Notes: a model not told the origin generated them from the sequence alone. Counted from the stretch's first letter, positions 39,122 to 49,535 are shown. The stretch: 64,000 bases of DNA from Candidatus Zixiibacteriota bacterium (GCA_037441845.1 JBBIRK010000005.1:192001-256000); one strand, 5' to 3'. A program made the numbers and translations.

Positions 39122-40327
39122 GTGCTGGAAGAAGCCAAGCATTTGACGACCGAAGCGGCGAAAATGTCGGCCTGGAATGCGATCTGGACGTTTCCTTCCG
39201 TCATAGGAGCCGCCTTGGTCATAGCCTGGGGAGCGGAATCGGCTCAATTCCTCGTCTCTCAAGGGTTCGCTTTGACGATGCTGGCCCTGATTCAAACGCT
39301 TCCCGAGTTCGCAGTAGAGGGGGTAATTGCTTGGCGGGCCGGTCAGATTCCAACCCCCGAAAATATCGGTTTGGCTACTGCAAATTTCACCGGAGCTTTG
39401 AGATTGCTGGTCGGCCTGGGCTGGCCGTTGATTTACTACGTATCCGCCGTTTTCAACCTTTCCAAACGCAAGCGCAAACGTAGTCTCGATAGCATCAAGC
39501 TCGACAGCGAACATTCGGTCGAACTTATGGGGTTGTTGGTGCCGACCCTTTACATGTTCATCATAGTGTTGAAGGCAAGTCTTACCCTGTTGGACGCCTT
39601 GATCCTGACGCTCATATATCTGGCCTATATTTCTATATTGTTAAGGCTGCCACCGCGGGAAAGCGAGAAGATCGAGGAGATTGAACCGGTGCCGAGATAC
39701 GTGCTGTCGCGGCCGAAAATCCATCGCAATCTGCTGATCATTATATTATTCTTGGGCGGCGCAGCAGCGATCTATTTCGTAGCTCACCCGTTTCTCGAAA
39801 GCATGCTCGGCTTGTCGATAGTGTTGGGGGTCCCGACATTCGTCTTCATCCAATGGGTGGCACCTTTCCTTTCCGAGTTTCCGGAGAAGGTATCGGCCTT
39901 TTACTGGGCGAAATCGGTGGAGAAAGCGCCGATGGCATTGATGAATATGGTATCATCCGGGATAGCCGAATTGACTTTGTTGGTATCATTGATTCCGATC
40001 GTCTATTGCATATCTCGGGGCGGTATTTACGGCATCGAATTCGATTGGCCTCATCGTGTGGAAATTCTGCTGACCTCGCTGCAATCATTGCTGGGATTCT
40101 TGATTCTGGCGAACATGGAACTTCGTTCCTATGAGGCGATCGGCTTGTTCCTGCTCTGGGTATTTCAGTTTTTGAATCCCTCGAGCCGCGAGGAGATATT
40201 ATTCGTATATGCCGGCTGGATAATAATCGAGATATTCCTTGCCATATTCAAGTTGCGGCCGCTGAAAGCCTTTTTGCATTTCCGGCACATCATCGTAAAG
40301 CACTATAGCCGAACGAAACCATCGTGA
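39122..40327 (+). CDS. Cation:Ca2+/H+ antiporter (CaCA superfamily)
   Basis: About 10 TM; two alpha-repeat-like motifs QTLPEF..ANFTG and SEFPEK..NMVSS. Confidence 0.7.
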   Translation: MLEEAKHLTTEAAKMSAWNAIWTFPSVIGAALVIAWGAESAQFLVSQGFALTMLALIQTLPEFAVEGVIAWRAGQIPTPENIGLATANFTGALRLLVGLGWPLIYYVSAVFNLSKRKRKRSLDSIKLDSEHSVELMGLLVPTLYMFIIVLKASLTLLDALILTLIYLAYISILLRLPPRESEKIEEIEPVPRYVLSRPKIHRNLLIIILFLGGAAAIYFVAHPFLESMLGLSIVLGVPTFVFIQWVAPFLSEFPEKVSAFYWAKSVEKAPMALMNMVSSGIAELTLLVSLIPIVYCISRGGIYGIEFDWPHRVEILLTSLQSLLGFLILANMELRSYEAIGLFLLWVFQFLNPSSREEILFVYAGWIIIEIFLAIFKLRPLKAFLHFRHIIVKHYSRTKPS

Positions 40328-40353
40328 CCGCTTTACAGTATAAAACTATTGAC

Positions 40354-40382
40354 TTGACCTTTGCTTAAGTGGGTTCTAAAAT
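40354..40382 (+). promoter_or_regulatory. Sigma70 promoter for htpX
   Basis: TTGACC-17-TAAAAT. Confidence 0.55.
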
Positions 40383-40413
40383 TGCCGTGGAAACCGCGGC
40401 TGGAGGTTTAACG

Positions 40414-41244
40414 ATGAATTCCCTAAAAACATTTCTCCTGCTGGCAGCCTTGACCGTGCTATTGATATTGATCGGCGATTTGGTCGGAGGGCCGAGAGGA
40501 ATGATGGTGTTTTTCATTATAGCGCTTTTAATGAACATATTGACCTACTGGTTTTCCGATAAAATCGTTTTGGCCATGTATGGCGCCAAGCCGGCCCCCG
40601 AAAATTCGCGGCTTGCGGAGATTACCCGCCAAGTGGTTCAGGCGGCCGGAATCCCCATGCCGAAAATCTACATGATCGAGGCCGATCATGCCAATGCCTT
40701 CGCCACCGGCCGAAATCCGAGCCATGCGGCGGTATGCGCCACGACAGGCATCTTGAGTTTATTGAATGACGAGGAGCTGAAGGGGGTTATCGCCCATGAA
40801 ATCGCCCATATAAGAAACCGCGATATTCTGATCGCCACCATGGCGGCGGTGATCGCGGGCGCGATAACCATGATTTCCCGCACCGCGTTTTTCTTTGGTG
40901 GACGTGACGACGAAAATCGAAATCCGATCCTGGGGATCATAATTCTCATAACCGCCCCAATAGCGGCGTTCTTGATTCAGATGGCGATCTCGAGATCGCG
41001 CGAATACATGGCTGATGCAACCGGCGCTTCGATTATACATAATCCCCGCGGCCTTGCTGCGGCGCTGCGGAAAATTCACTTTGCCGCACAGCGTGTGGGA
41101 ATAAACGCCAATCCGGCAACCGCGCACATGTTCATAATAAACCCTTTATCGGCGCGCGGCTTCGCCTCGCTTTTTTCCACTCATCCTCCCGTCGAAGAAA
41201 GAATCGCCCGGCTCGAGGCCATGACCGGAGGCGCAACCAGGTAG
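40414..41244 (+). CDS. htpX: Zinc metalloprotease HtpX
   Basis: NAFATGRNP, HEIAH, AISRSREYMAD, FSTHPP; GGAGG RBS. Confidence 0.95.
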   Translation: MNSLKTFLLLAALTVLLILIGDLVGGPRGMMVFFIIALLMNILTYWFSDKIVLAMYGAKPAPENSRLAEITRQVVQAAGIPMPKIYMIEADHANAFATGRNPSHAAVCATTGILSLLNDEELKGVIAHEIAHIRNRDILIATMAAVIAGAITMISRTAFFFGGRDDENRNPILGIIILITAPIAAFLIQMAISRSREYMADATGASIIHNPRGLAAALRKIHFAAQRVGINANPATAHMFIINPLSARGFASLFSTHPPVEERIARLEAMTGGATR

Positions 41245-42546
41245 ATGGGATTTACCCTTGCCCTAAACCTTATTCTCGTAGGTATATTGGTCATACTTTC
41301 CGGTTTCTTTTCCGCATCCGAAATCGCGGTCGTGGCAATCCGATCGAGCAGATTAAAAGAGCTGACCGGCTCGGGCGATAAAAGAGCGGCATTCGTCGAA
41401 AAACTCAAAAATAATCCCGACAGTTTTTTCGCCGTCGTTCAAATCGGCATAACGGTAACCGCATCGGCGGCTTCGGCTATAGGCGGGGCGCTGGCGATCA
41501 CCCTGATCGGGCCTCTGGTTAAGAATATCCCCATAAAAACGATCCAATCGGCGGCCGAACCGATTTCGGTAACTCTGGTCGTGATCATCATATCCTATCT
41601 CTTTCTGGTCGTCGCCGAGCTCGTGCCCAAAGCGGTGGCTATAAGACGCACCGAGCCGATCGCGCTTTTCGTCGGCATACCTACATGGTATTCCATAAAG
41701 GCCATAAACATCGTCATTAAAATACTGACCTGGTCGACCAATCTATTTTTGAAAATTTTGGGATTTCCGCCCGGGGGGAAAATAGATTCATCGGTGAGCG
41801 AGGCCGAGGTCGAATTTTTAATCAAGGAAGGAATGGAGCACGGTGTATTCGATAAAGAAGAGCAGCAACTCATTCATTCGGTTTTCGAATTCACCGACAC
41901 CAGCGTGCAGAGGGCGATGACGCCGCGGACCGAAATCACCGCAATCGAAATGGGCGCTACGGTCGAGGAAATGATCAGAATCGCCATGGAAACCCATTAT
42001 TCGCGTTTTCCCATTTACGAGGGTTCGTTAGATAACATCAAGGGAATAATTCACTCCAAAGATCTGCTATATGTTCATTCCCACCGGACGCTGTTCGTGT
42101 TGTCCGACATTATGCGGCCGGCGCATTTCGTCCCCGATTCCGGCAAGATCTCCGAACTCTTGCGCGACATGCAAACGAAGCATTATCAGATGGCGATCGT
42201 GCTCGATGAATTCGGCGGCACCGCCGGTTTGATAACCATAGAGGATATCATTGAAGAAATAGTTGGCGATATTCTCGACGAGTACGATCAGGAATCACCG
42301 AAAATAGCTTTCGGGAAGGATGGTGCGGTGGTTTTGGCCGGCATGCCGGTAGATGAATTCGCCAATGAATTCGGAGTCAAAGTCGAAAAAGGAGACTATC
42401 ATACGATCGGAGGAATGATCATCACGAAACTGGGCAAAATTCCGGCGGTCGGTGACACGGTTGATTTCGATTTATTTTCATTGAAAGTTATTGAAAAGGA
42501 ACGTCACAAAATAAAAAAAGTGATCGCCCGAAAAAAATCAAGCTGA
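41245..42546 (+). CDS. CNNM/CBS/CorC (TlyC hemolysin-like) Mg transporter family protein
   Basis: FFSASEIA, ELVPK, MTPR, YSRFP, DEFGGTAGLITIEDIIEEIVG. Confidence 0.92.
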   Translation: MGFTLALNLILVGILVILSGFFSASEIAVVAIRSSRLKELTGSGDKRAAFVEKLKNNPDSFFAVVQIGITVTASAASAIGGALAITLIGPLVKNIPIKTIQSAAEPISVTLVVIIISYLFLVVAELVPKAVAIRRTEPIALFVGIPTWYSIKAINIVIKILTWSTNLFLKILGFPPGGKIDSSVSEAEVEFLIKEGMEHGVFDKEEQQLIHSVFEFTDTSVQRAMTPRTEITAIEMGATVEEMIRIAMETHYSRFPIYEGSLDNIKGIIHSKDLLYVHSHRTLFVLSDIMRPAHFVPDSGKISELLRDMQTKHYQMAIVLDEFGGTAGLITIEDIIEEIVGDILDEYDQESPKIAFGKDGAVVLAGMPVDEFANEFGVKVEKGDYHTIGGMIITKLGKIPAVGDTVDFDLFSLKVIEKERHKIKKVIARKKSS

Positions 42547-42624
42547 TCAAAAACACACCGATAATTCTTTTCTTCACAGGCAGAGACAAAACGTCGAATC
42601 AAGATAATCCGTTTCATCAGCGAA

Positions 42625-43662
42625 TCAGAAATCCACCCCGAGAGTCAAGCGGTGCACATTGCCGAGATCGGCATAGGATGAATAGCTGTAATCGAAAACG
42701 TAATTTTGATAGCTGTAACCGAATCCTCCGGCGAACCCGGCCAGATTATCCCTGTCCGATCCGGTCTTAAAATCTTTGCCGGCCGAGGACCAACCGAGCC
42801 TCAGCATGAACGGCTTGAGAATATCGAATTGCCCGCCCAAGGCGAGAAAGAAATCGTTGTCACTCGGTTTTATCAGATCGACTGCGATGGTAAGCGGCAG
42901 TCCCTTCAATGCGTGCGAAAAGCCGGCATCGACAGTCACCGGCAACGGGTCTTTATGCGATTTCGAGAATCCTTTAGTTTGGACGCCAGCGTTGGTGACC
43001 GCCAATCCGAGACCGGATCTTCCCCCGCCGAATCTGTATTGAATTCCAAAATCCGCAGCGATAGCCGCCGATGAATAATTGTCTATTTTTTCGGATATGA
43101 ATTTGCCGGTAAATCCCCCGTAAAACCCTCGCAACAGAACCTTGGCGTAGGTGAGACCGATCGCGATATCGCTGGCTCCGAAAGTGCCGTCCTGATTCCC
43201 CTGAACATCGAGCCTGTCGAATTCACCGTAATTCATGTAATGGATCGAAACCCCGATCGCCGTGGCTTTATCGATCAATCTTGCGTAACCCAGATAGCCG
43301 GTCTTGAAATCGAGCAGGTAATTCATATAGGTGGCCAGAAAACGATTTTCCGCGGGATCAACGGCGCTGACATCGTAGCCCGTTTCCGACTCGTTATCTT
43401 CTTCCTCCTCGAATCCATAGTCGATCTGGGTTTGCCTTTTGGTGAAAACATAATTCCGCGCCACGATGCCGGCAGGATTATAATAAAGGCCGCTTAAGTC
43501 GTTTGCGAAACCGGCATAAGCTCCGCCCATTCCTTGGGCTTTAGCGCTGACACCGATTTTCAAGAACGTATAGGCGCTCTTGCCGGCATCGAGATTGGCG
43601 GCAAAGGCGAAATCAGACAAGCAAAAGACCGCCGCTGCCAAGATTAAAATGATTTTTTTCAT
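42625..43662 (-). CDS. PorV/PorQ-family outer-membrane beta-barrel (T9SS-associated)
   Basis: Signal peptide; FLKIGVSAKAQGMGGAY..YYNPAG; C-terminal DYSY..LGNVHRLTLGVDF. Confidence 0.75.
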   Translation of the reverse strand: MKKIILILAAAVFCLSDFAFAANLDAGKSAYTFLKIGVSAKAQGMGGAYAGFANDLSGLYYNPAGIVARNYVFTKRQTQIDYGFEEEEDNESETGYDVSAVDPAENRFLATYMNYLLDFKTGYLGYARLIDKATAIGVSIHYMNYGEFDRLDVQGNQDGTFGASDIAIGLTYAKVLLRGFYGGFTGKFISEKIDNYSSAAIAADFGIQYRFGGGRSGLGLAVTNAGVQTKGFSKSHKDPLPVTVDAGFSHALKGLPLTIAVDLIKPSDNDFFLALGGQFDILKPFMLRLGWSSAGKDFKTGSDRDNLAGFAGGFGYSYQNYVFDYSYSSYADLGNVHRLTLGVDF

Positions 43663-43748
43663 TTTCATCGCTCCAAATACGAAAGATCCGGAATCAATAC
43701 TTTTAATCGACTGATTCTTCGAAATTTCAGCCGTGTGTTTATGGGAAT

Positions 43749-44234
43749 TTACCATCCCTTGACCGTTTTATTCAAAATCTGATTGACCAGCTTTTCAACA
43801 GCTCTCAACTTGCCGTCGTCTTCGGTTTCGGAGGAGGACGAATAAATCCCGAAATCGGATAGGTTCTCGCTCCAAATGATTTTATCGTTCTTTATGTTCG
43901 AAAGTTTCGCCTTGATATCGATTTTGCAGGCATATTCCTGCACCTGCTCCCCTGCCGAAAACGTGTACGCGTCGCGGCTGTAACGGGTTATGACCATATC
44001 GAGTCTCCCATCGGCGGCGGCTTCCGAAACGATTTTTAGAGTATTATCGGCGACGAACGCCTGGCTCAACTCGCGTGACAGCAATTCGGGAAGACCATAC
44101 TCGGTGGTTTGGTTTTCCGGCAACGAGATAGCAATAGTCTTGATTCCACCCGTGGCCGATGGAGAAAACGTGTAAATCCCACATGACAGAAACAGAACGA
44201 CAACCGCCGCGATGAGTCCCAAAGCTGCTTTCAT
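43749..44234 (-). CDS. LptE-like LPS-assembly lipoprotein
   Basis: Lipobox FLSC-GIYTFS, IKTIAI..ENQT, C-terminal W typical of FCB LptE. Confidence 0.7.
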   Translation of the reverse strand: MKAALGLIAAVVVLFLSCGIYTFSPSATGGIKTIAISLPENQTTEYGLPELLSRELSQAFVADNTLKIVSEAAADGRLDMVITRYSRDAYTFSAGEQVQEYACKIDIKAKLSNIKNDKIIWSENLSDFGIYSSSSETEDDGKLRAVEKLVNQILNKTVKGW

Positions 44235-45532
44235 AATGTCAATTGCTTGCCGTTCTTGATCACTGAATGAACCAGATTCTTGCCGATCCAGTAGGGCAAT
44301 TCCCGAAAATCGTCGGCATCCCAGATAACCAAATCGGCGATCTTGCCGGGCGAAAGGCTGCCTATTTTATCGCCTCTATCGATTGCGTGTGCCGCGTTCA
44401 AAGTGGCGGCGCACAAGGCTTCGGCCGGGGTCAGGCCGTACTCGATACAAGCCAGGCTCATGGTCAAAGTCATCGAAATGACAGGAGAGCTTCCCGGATT
44501 GTAATCGGTGCCTATCGCCACCGGCAATCCCGAATCGATCATTCGGCGCGCCGGCGCTTTATGCTTGGCTTTCAGAATCCATACGCTTCCCGGCAATAAC
44601 ACCGGAATGACGCCCGCTTTTTTAAGCAGATGAATCCCCTCGTCGCCCACGCAATCGAGATGATCCGCGGAGAACGTGCGGAATTCGGCGGCCAACTCGG
44701 CACCGCCGGTGTTATGAAATTGATCGGCATGCAGCTTCAATTTCATACCGAACGCCTGTGCCGTTTGAAGCACGATCCGCGTTTGTTTGAGAGTGAAAAC
44801 TCCCTTTTCGCAGAATGCGTCACAAAACTCCGCCAGATTTCCGGTCGCCACCGAGGGGATCATTTCACCGCAGACGAGAGCGACATATTCATCCGGACGC
44901 CCCTCGAATTCATCGGGTATTTCATGCGCACCCAAAAATGTCACCACGACATCGACCGCATGATAAGAATTCAGGCGGTTCAAAACCTCGAGCATTTTGA
45001 ATTCGGACTTTGTATCCAGCCCGTATCCCGATTTCCCTTCGACTGTCGTAACCCCGTTGCGAAGCATCTGATCGAGGACTTTCTTGCCGGATTCGAATAA
45101 CTGCTCCGCGGTAGCTTTTCTGGTTGCTCTCACCGTCGATTTTATGCCGCCGCCGGCTTTGGCGATATCCAGATAACTTTTGCCGCCGAGCCTCTGCTCG
45201 AATTCCTCGGCGCGGTTGCCGGCGAAAACCGGATGAGTGTGCGGATCGACCAACCCCGGGGTTACCAGCCTGCCGCCGGCATCGATCTCGATCGTTCCCT
45301 TTTTCAGCCTCGAGGACTTCAGCAGTTTCGCCGTGGGGCCCACTGCGGTTATGCGCGAATTTTCGATCGCCACCGCTCCATTCTTGATGATCCCCAGATT
45401 TCTCATCGAGCGCCCGCCCAGTGGCCCGACCTGACCGTCCGAATGCATCGTTACCAGTTGCCCGATATTGGTGACAACGCAGGAATAATCCATTTTGGCA
45501 CCCGAAAGTCTGCCAGCCATTTTCGTTACCAC
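44231..45532 (-). CDS. hutI: Imidazolonepropionase (start uncertain)
   Basis: PGLVDPHTHPVF, GGGIKSTV, EGKSGYGL, FLGAH, HADQ, TDYNPGSSP. Confidence 0.95.
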   Translation of the reverse strand: MVTKMAGRLSGAKMDYSCVVTNIGQLVTMHSDGQVGPLGGRSMRNLGIIKNGAVAIENSRITAVGPTAKLLKSSRLKKGTIEIDAGGRLVTPGLVDPHTHPVFAGNRAEEFEQRLGGKSYLDIAKAGGGIKSTVRATRKATAEQLFESGKKVLDQMLRNGVTTVEGKSGYGLDTKSEFKMLEVLNRLNSYHAVDVVVTFLGAHEIPDEFEGRPDEYVALVCGEMIPSVATGNLAEFCDAFCEKGVFTLKQTRIVLQTAQAFGMKLKLHADQFHNTGGAELAAEFRTFSADHLDCVGDEGIHLLKKAGVIPVLLPGSVWILKAKHKAPARRMIDSGLPVAIGTDYNPGSSPVISMTLTMSLACIEYGLTPAEALCAATLNAAHAIDRGDKIGSLSPGKIADLVIWDADDFRELPYWIGKNLVHSVIKNGKQLTL

Positions 45533-46930
45533 CTACCTGTCTACGACCGCGGCCAGAAATGTTCCCTCGGCGACCACCTTGCCATCGACATAAGCTTTGC
45601 CTCCCATTCGGCACGAGTTGGGTCGGAATTGCATCATTTCGATTTCGAAACGAAGCTGGTCGCCCGGAATAACGGGTTTGCGGAAACGAACCCCGTCGAT
45701 GCCCAGAAAATAGACGAGCTTTTTTTCCGGCTCTTCTATCGCATTCAACAGCATGAATCCGCCGGCCTGAGCCATCGCCTCAACGATCAACACGCCAGGC
45801 ATCACCGGCCGTTGCGGGAAATGACCCATGAAATGCGGCTCGTTGAAAGTGACGTTTTTTATCGCCACAACCCTTTTTCGCGGCTCTAGATCGATTATTC
45901 TGTCGATCAAAAGCATCGGGTATCTATGCGGCATAGCTTTGAATATGGCGTTGATATCGAGCAGATATTCGCCCTTGGTTTTGCCGGTGCCGTATTTGCT
46001 GGTAAGCATCTTCTTCTCGTAGATCATGCGGATCTGGCGCGCCAGGGCGACGTTTGCCGCATGACCGGAGCGGGCGGCCAGGATATGTCCTTTGATCGGC
46101 ACTCCGATAAGAAACAGATCTCCGAGCAGATCGACCGCTTTGTGCCTGACCGGCTCGTTCGGGAAACGTAGTTTCGTATCGTTCAGAATGCCGGATTCTT
46201 TCACGAAAAATTCCTGATTTTGTCCGAATCGATCTTTAAGGCGTTGGATACGTTCGGCGGTCAATTCGTGATCCACGAATACGACCGCGGTATCCAAACC
46301 GCCGCCCCGGATCAAACCCGCGTCATAGAGCGTTTCGACCTCGCTGAGAAAACAAAAAGTACGGCAAGAGGCGAATTCATCGACGAATTCGCGGTCGAGA
46401 TCAACCAGCGATGTATATTGCGTGCCCAGAGCCTTGTTTTCGTAATCGATAAGGAACGTTATGCGTAAATCGTCGGAGGGGGTCACCACGATATCGATTC
46501 GTTTTTCTTTTTCGGAATAAGACAGGGGGCTGTCTATTTCGAGATAGTTTTTCGGCGCGTCTTGCTCGGCGATTTCGGCCTCGAGAAGCGCTTTGACGAA
46601 CGGCATCACCGATCCGTCGCCCGCCGGCGGTTCGATATTGGATAATTCGATTATCAAATTGTCTATTTGCAGGCCGGCGACCGCCGCCAGCACATGTTCC
46701 ACCGTATGAACTTTGACATTGTTCAAACCGAGCGTAGTGCCGCGCTGCGAATCCACCACATGTTCGATATCCGCGGGTATCCTGGGAGAGTCTTCCTGAT
46801 CGGTTCGGACAAAGGTCACGCCGTGATTTATGGGGGCTGGAATAAAGCTGATGGTGGTGTTGACCCCGGTATGCAGTCCGATACCGGAAAGGGAAACGCG
46901 TTTTTTAATCGTGCGTTGATTATTTACCAT
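45533..46930 (-). CDS. lpxC/fabZ: Bifunctional LpxC-FabZ fusion
   Basis: GIGLHTG, TVEHVLAA, RHKAVDLLGD (LpxC); PHRYPMLLID, GHFP..PGVLIVEAMAQ (FabZ). Confidence 0.96.
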   Translation of the reverse strand: MVNNQRTIKKRVSLSGIGLHTGVNTTISFIPAPINHGVTFVRTDQEDSPRIPADIEHVVDSQRGTTLGLNNVKVHTVEHVLAAVAGLQIDNLIIELSNIEPPAGDGSVMPFVKALLEAEIAEQDAPKNYLEIDSPLSYSEKEKRIDIVVTPSDDLRITFLIDYENKALGTQYTSLVDLDREFVDEFASCRTFCFLSEVETLYDAGLIRGGGLDTAVVFVDHELTAERIQRLKDRFGQNQEFFVKESGILNDTKLRFPNEPVRHKAVDLLGDLFLIGVPIKGHILAARSGHAANVALARQIRMIYEKKMLTSKYGTGKTKGEYLLDINAIFKAMPHRYPMLLIDRIIDLEPRKRVVAIKNVTFNEPHFMGHFPQRPVMPGVLIVEAMAQAGGFMLLNAIEEPEKKLVYFLGIDGVRFRKPVIPGDQLRFEIEMMQFRPNSCRMGGKAYVDGKVVAEGTFLAAVVDR

Positions 46931-46958
46931 AACTCGATCCGATCATTGTGGTTTAACG

Positions 46959-48497
46959 CTAATTCGACCAGTAATTCCGGTCAAGGTTTCTGTAACCTAT
47001 CGCCTCCGAAATATGGTGAGATTGAATTTTTTCGGAGCCCTCGAGATCGGCAATGGTCCGGCTCACTTTGAGAATCCTGTCATAGGCGCGGGCCGACAAC
47101 CCGAGGCGATTGATGGCGGCTTTCAATAGCCCCAGCGAATCTTCGTCGAGCTGGCAAATTTGCCTTAGTAATTGCGTTTCCATCTGGGCGTTGCAATAAA
47201 TCCCATCAAAATCCGCGAATCTTTCCAATTGTTTTTGGCGTGCGATATTGATGCGCTTGCGGATCGCCTCGGAAGTTTCGCCGCCACCAATACCCGCAAG
47301 ATCCTTGAATTTCACCGCCGGCATTTCGATATGGATGTCGATTCTGTCGAGAAGCGGACCGGATATGCGGGAAACGTATTTCTGGATTTGACTTCCGTTG
47401 CAAGTGCAGTTATGAGTCGGATCCCCGTGGTAACCGCAGGGACATGGATTCATGGCGGCCGCCAAAATAAAAGACGCCGGATAAGTAACTGAGCCGGCGG
47501 CTCTGGTGATCGTTACCTGGCCGTTTTCCAGCGGTTGCCGCAAGGCCTCAAGCGATGATTTATCGAATTCGGGCAACTCATCGAGAAACAATACGCCGTT
47601 ATGCGACAGGCTCACCTCGCCGGGCACTAAATGATTCGTTCCACCGGTAAGACCGACATCCGAAATCGTGTGATGGGGAGAACGAAAAGGGCGTGTCGCT
47701 ATTAAAGCCTCTCCGGGCATAAGATGGCCGCCGGAGGAATATATTCTGGTCGTCTCGAGCGCCTCGGAAAGTGTCATATCCGGCAAAATCGTGGCCAGTC
47801 TCTTAGCCAGCATCGTCTTGCCAGATCCAGGCGGTCCGATCATGATGATATTGTGCCCGCCGGCCGCCGCCACTTCCAAGGCTCGTTTGGCATGTTCTTG
47901 TCCCCTGACATCGGAAAAATCAATCGCATATTTCTTTTTTTTGCCGAACACATTGGCCAGATCGATTTTGAGAGGTTTGATCTCTTGGCGTCCTTCAAGG
48001 AAATCGATCGCCTGCGTCAAAGTTTTCACCGGGATAATATCGATCCCATCGACCATGGCGCCTTCGTTGGCGTTTTCCTCGGGCACGATCAGTCCCTTGA
48101 ATTTTTTCTTTTCCCCCTCGATCGCCATCGACAACACGCCCGGCACCGGACGCAATCTGCCATCCAGCGACAACTCGCCGACTATCAGATATTTTTCGAG
48201 CAGATCAGCGGAAACCTGACCGGTGGCCACCAGAATCCCCACCGCCATTGGCAAATCGAAGGCCGTCCCCGATTTTTTTATATCGGCGGGAGCGAGATTT
48301 ACGGTTATCTTTTTCGCCGGAAAAAGAAATCCCGAGTTTTTGATCGATGCGGCCACTCTTTCCCTGGCCTCTTTGACCGCACCCTCGGGAAGACCGACAG
48401 TGGTGAACGCCGGAATCTGCGGTGACACGTCGATTTCGACCTCGACGATATATGCGTCAATCCCCAGCAGGGCGGAAGAGAGAGCTCTGGCAAGCAT
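46959..48497 (-). CDS. comM: YifB/ComM Mg-chelatase-like AAA+ ATPase
   Basis: VGLPEGAVKE, GPPGSGKT, PFRSPHH, FLDELPEF, MNPCPCG, SGPLLDRID. Confidence 0.93.
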   Translation of the reverse strand: MLARALSSALLGIDAYIVEVEIDVSPQIPAFTTVGLPEGAVKEARERVAASIKNSGFLFPAKKITVNLAPADIKKSGTAFDLPMAVGILVATGQVSADLLEKYLIVGELSLDGRLRPVPGVLSMAIEGEKKKFKGLIVPEENANEGAMVDGIDIIPVKTLTQAIDFLEGRQEIKPLKIDLANVFGKKKKYAIDFSDVRGQEHAKRALEVAAAGGHNIIMIGPPGSGKTMLAKRLATILPDMTLSEALETTRIYSSGGHLMPGEALIATRPFRSPHHTISDVGLTGGTNHLVPGEVSLSHNGVLFLDELPEFDKSSLEALRQPLENGQVTITRAAGSVTYPASFILAAAMNPCPCGYHGDPTHNCTCNGSQIQKYVSRISGPLLDRIDIHIEMPAVKFKDLAGIGGGETSEAIRKRINIARQKQLERFADFDGIYCNAQMETQLLRQICQLDEDSLGLLKAAINRLGLSARAYDRILKVSRTIADLEGSEKIQSHHISEAIGYRNLDRNYWSN

Positions 48498-48506
48498 AAT
48501 ATATTT

Positions 48507-48535
48507 AATATACACGCCGCCAAAACGGCTGTCAA
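48507..48535 (-). promoter_or_regulatory. Sigma70 promoter for comM
   Basis: TTGACA-17-TATATT on the minus strand, 9 nt from the ATG. Confidence 0.6.
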
Positions 48536-48590
48536 TTCCGTTTACGCCGCTATAATCTTGCCGGCTTTCGGTCAGCAATCGCCCGAACGA

Positions 48591-48619
48591 TTGATTCCGC
48601 CGGCGGATTTGGCTATTAT
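48591..48619 (+). promoter_or_regulatory. Sigma70 promoter for the MscS gene
   Basis: TTGATT-17-TATTAT; GGAGG RBS follows. Confidence 0.5.
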
Positions 48620-48639
48620 ATGCACAGATTGGAGGATCT

Positions 48640-49518
48640 ATGGAAAAACTCGATTTTAATCTGACTCAAGCGCTCAAAGAGTGGGCGATTTTACACATTC
48701 CCAAAGTCCTGGTTATTTTATTCGGCATGTGGGTGACCATCAGGATTGCCAGATTCGCCGGGAATCGAATCAAGGCCGCCGCTGAAGACGATGACCCGAG
48801 TCGACAGTCCGAACGAGAAAAAAGGGCGGAAACGCTCGCCAATATAATGAGTATGGCGATCAAGTTGGTGATTCTGGCGATCGGCGCGCTGATGATAGTC
48901 AGAGAGATCGGCATCGATATAGGCCCGCTGCTCGCGGGAGCCGGCATCATCGGTCTGGCGGTTGGTTTCGGCTCACAGGCTTTGGTTAAAGATGTCGTCA
49001 CCGGTTTTTTCATCCTCATAGAAAATCAGTTCAGGGTCGGCGATATTATCCGGGCGAGCGGTCATGCGGGATTGGTCGAAAAAATAACGCTGCGCACGAC
49101 CATCTTGAGGGATCTGGAGGGGGTCGTTCATATCATCCCAAACGGCGAAATTGGAACGGTATCGAATTTGACCTATATCTGGTCCAGGGCGATTATCGAT
49201 ATCGGGGTTGACTATCGTACCAATATAGATCGGGCGATGGAAATCATGATTGACGAGGCGAAGAAGATGGCATCGGAAGATGACTGGAAAAAGGAGCTTG
49301 TCGATGAACCGCAGATGCTTGGGGTGCAATCGCTTGCCGATTCTTCGGTTGTCTTGCGTATCGCTTTCAAGACGCAGCCGCAATCTCAATGGTCGGTCGG
49401 CCGCGAATACCGTCGAAGAATAAAAAATCGTTTCGATGCCGAAGGGGTCGTCATTCCCTTCCCTCAAACGACTGTATCATTCGATAAGGGTGCATTGGAG
49501 GCGATAAAAAAGCTCTAA
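48640..49518 (+). CDS. Small-conductance mechanosensitive channel (YbiO-like)
   Basis: LLAGAGIIGLAVGFGSQ, ENQFRVGD, IPNG, IPFPQ. Confidence 0.92.
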   Translation: MEKLDFNLTQALKEWAILHIPKVLVILFGMWVTIRIARFAGNRIKAAAEDDDPSRQSEREKRAETLANIMSMAIKLVILAIGALMIVREIGIDIGPLLAGAGIIGLAVGFGSQALVKDVVTGFFILIENQFRVGDIIRASGHAGLVEKITLRTTILRDLEGVVHIIPNGEIGTVSNLTYIWSRAIIDIGVDYRTNIDRAMEIMIDEAKKMASEDDWKKELVDEPQMLGVQSLADSSVVLRIAFKTQPQSQWSVGREYRRRIKNRFDAEGVVIPFPQTTVSFDKGALEAIKKL

Positions 49519-49535
49519 GAAATCGGTTGGACCGG

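Noticed and set aside
40349..40370. CtsR/HspR heat-shock operator at the htpX promoter
   Set aside because: The TTGAC repeats do not match either spacing and are explained by the -35 box.
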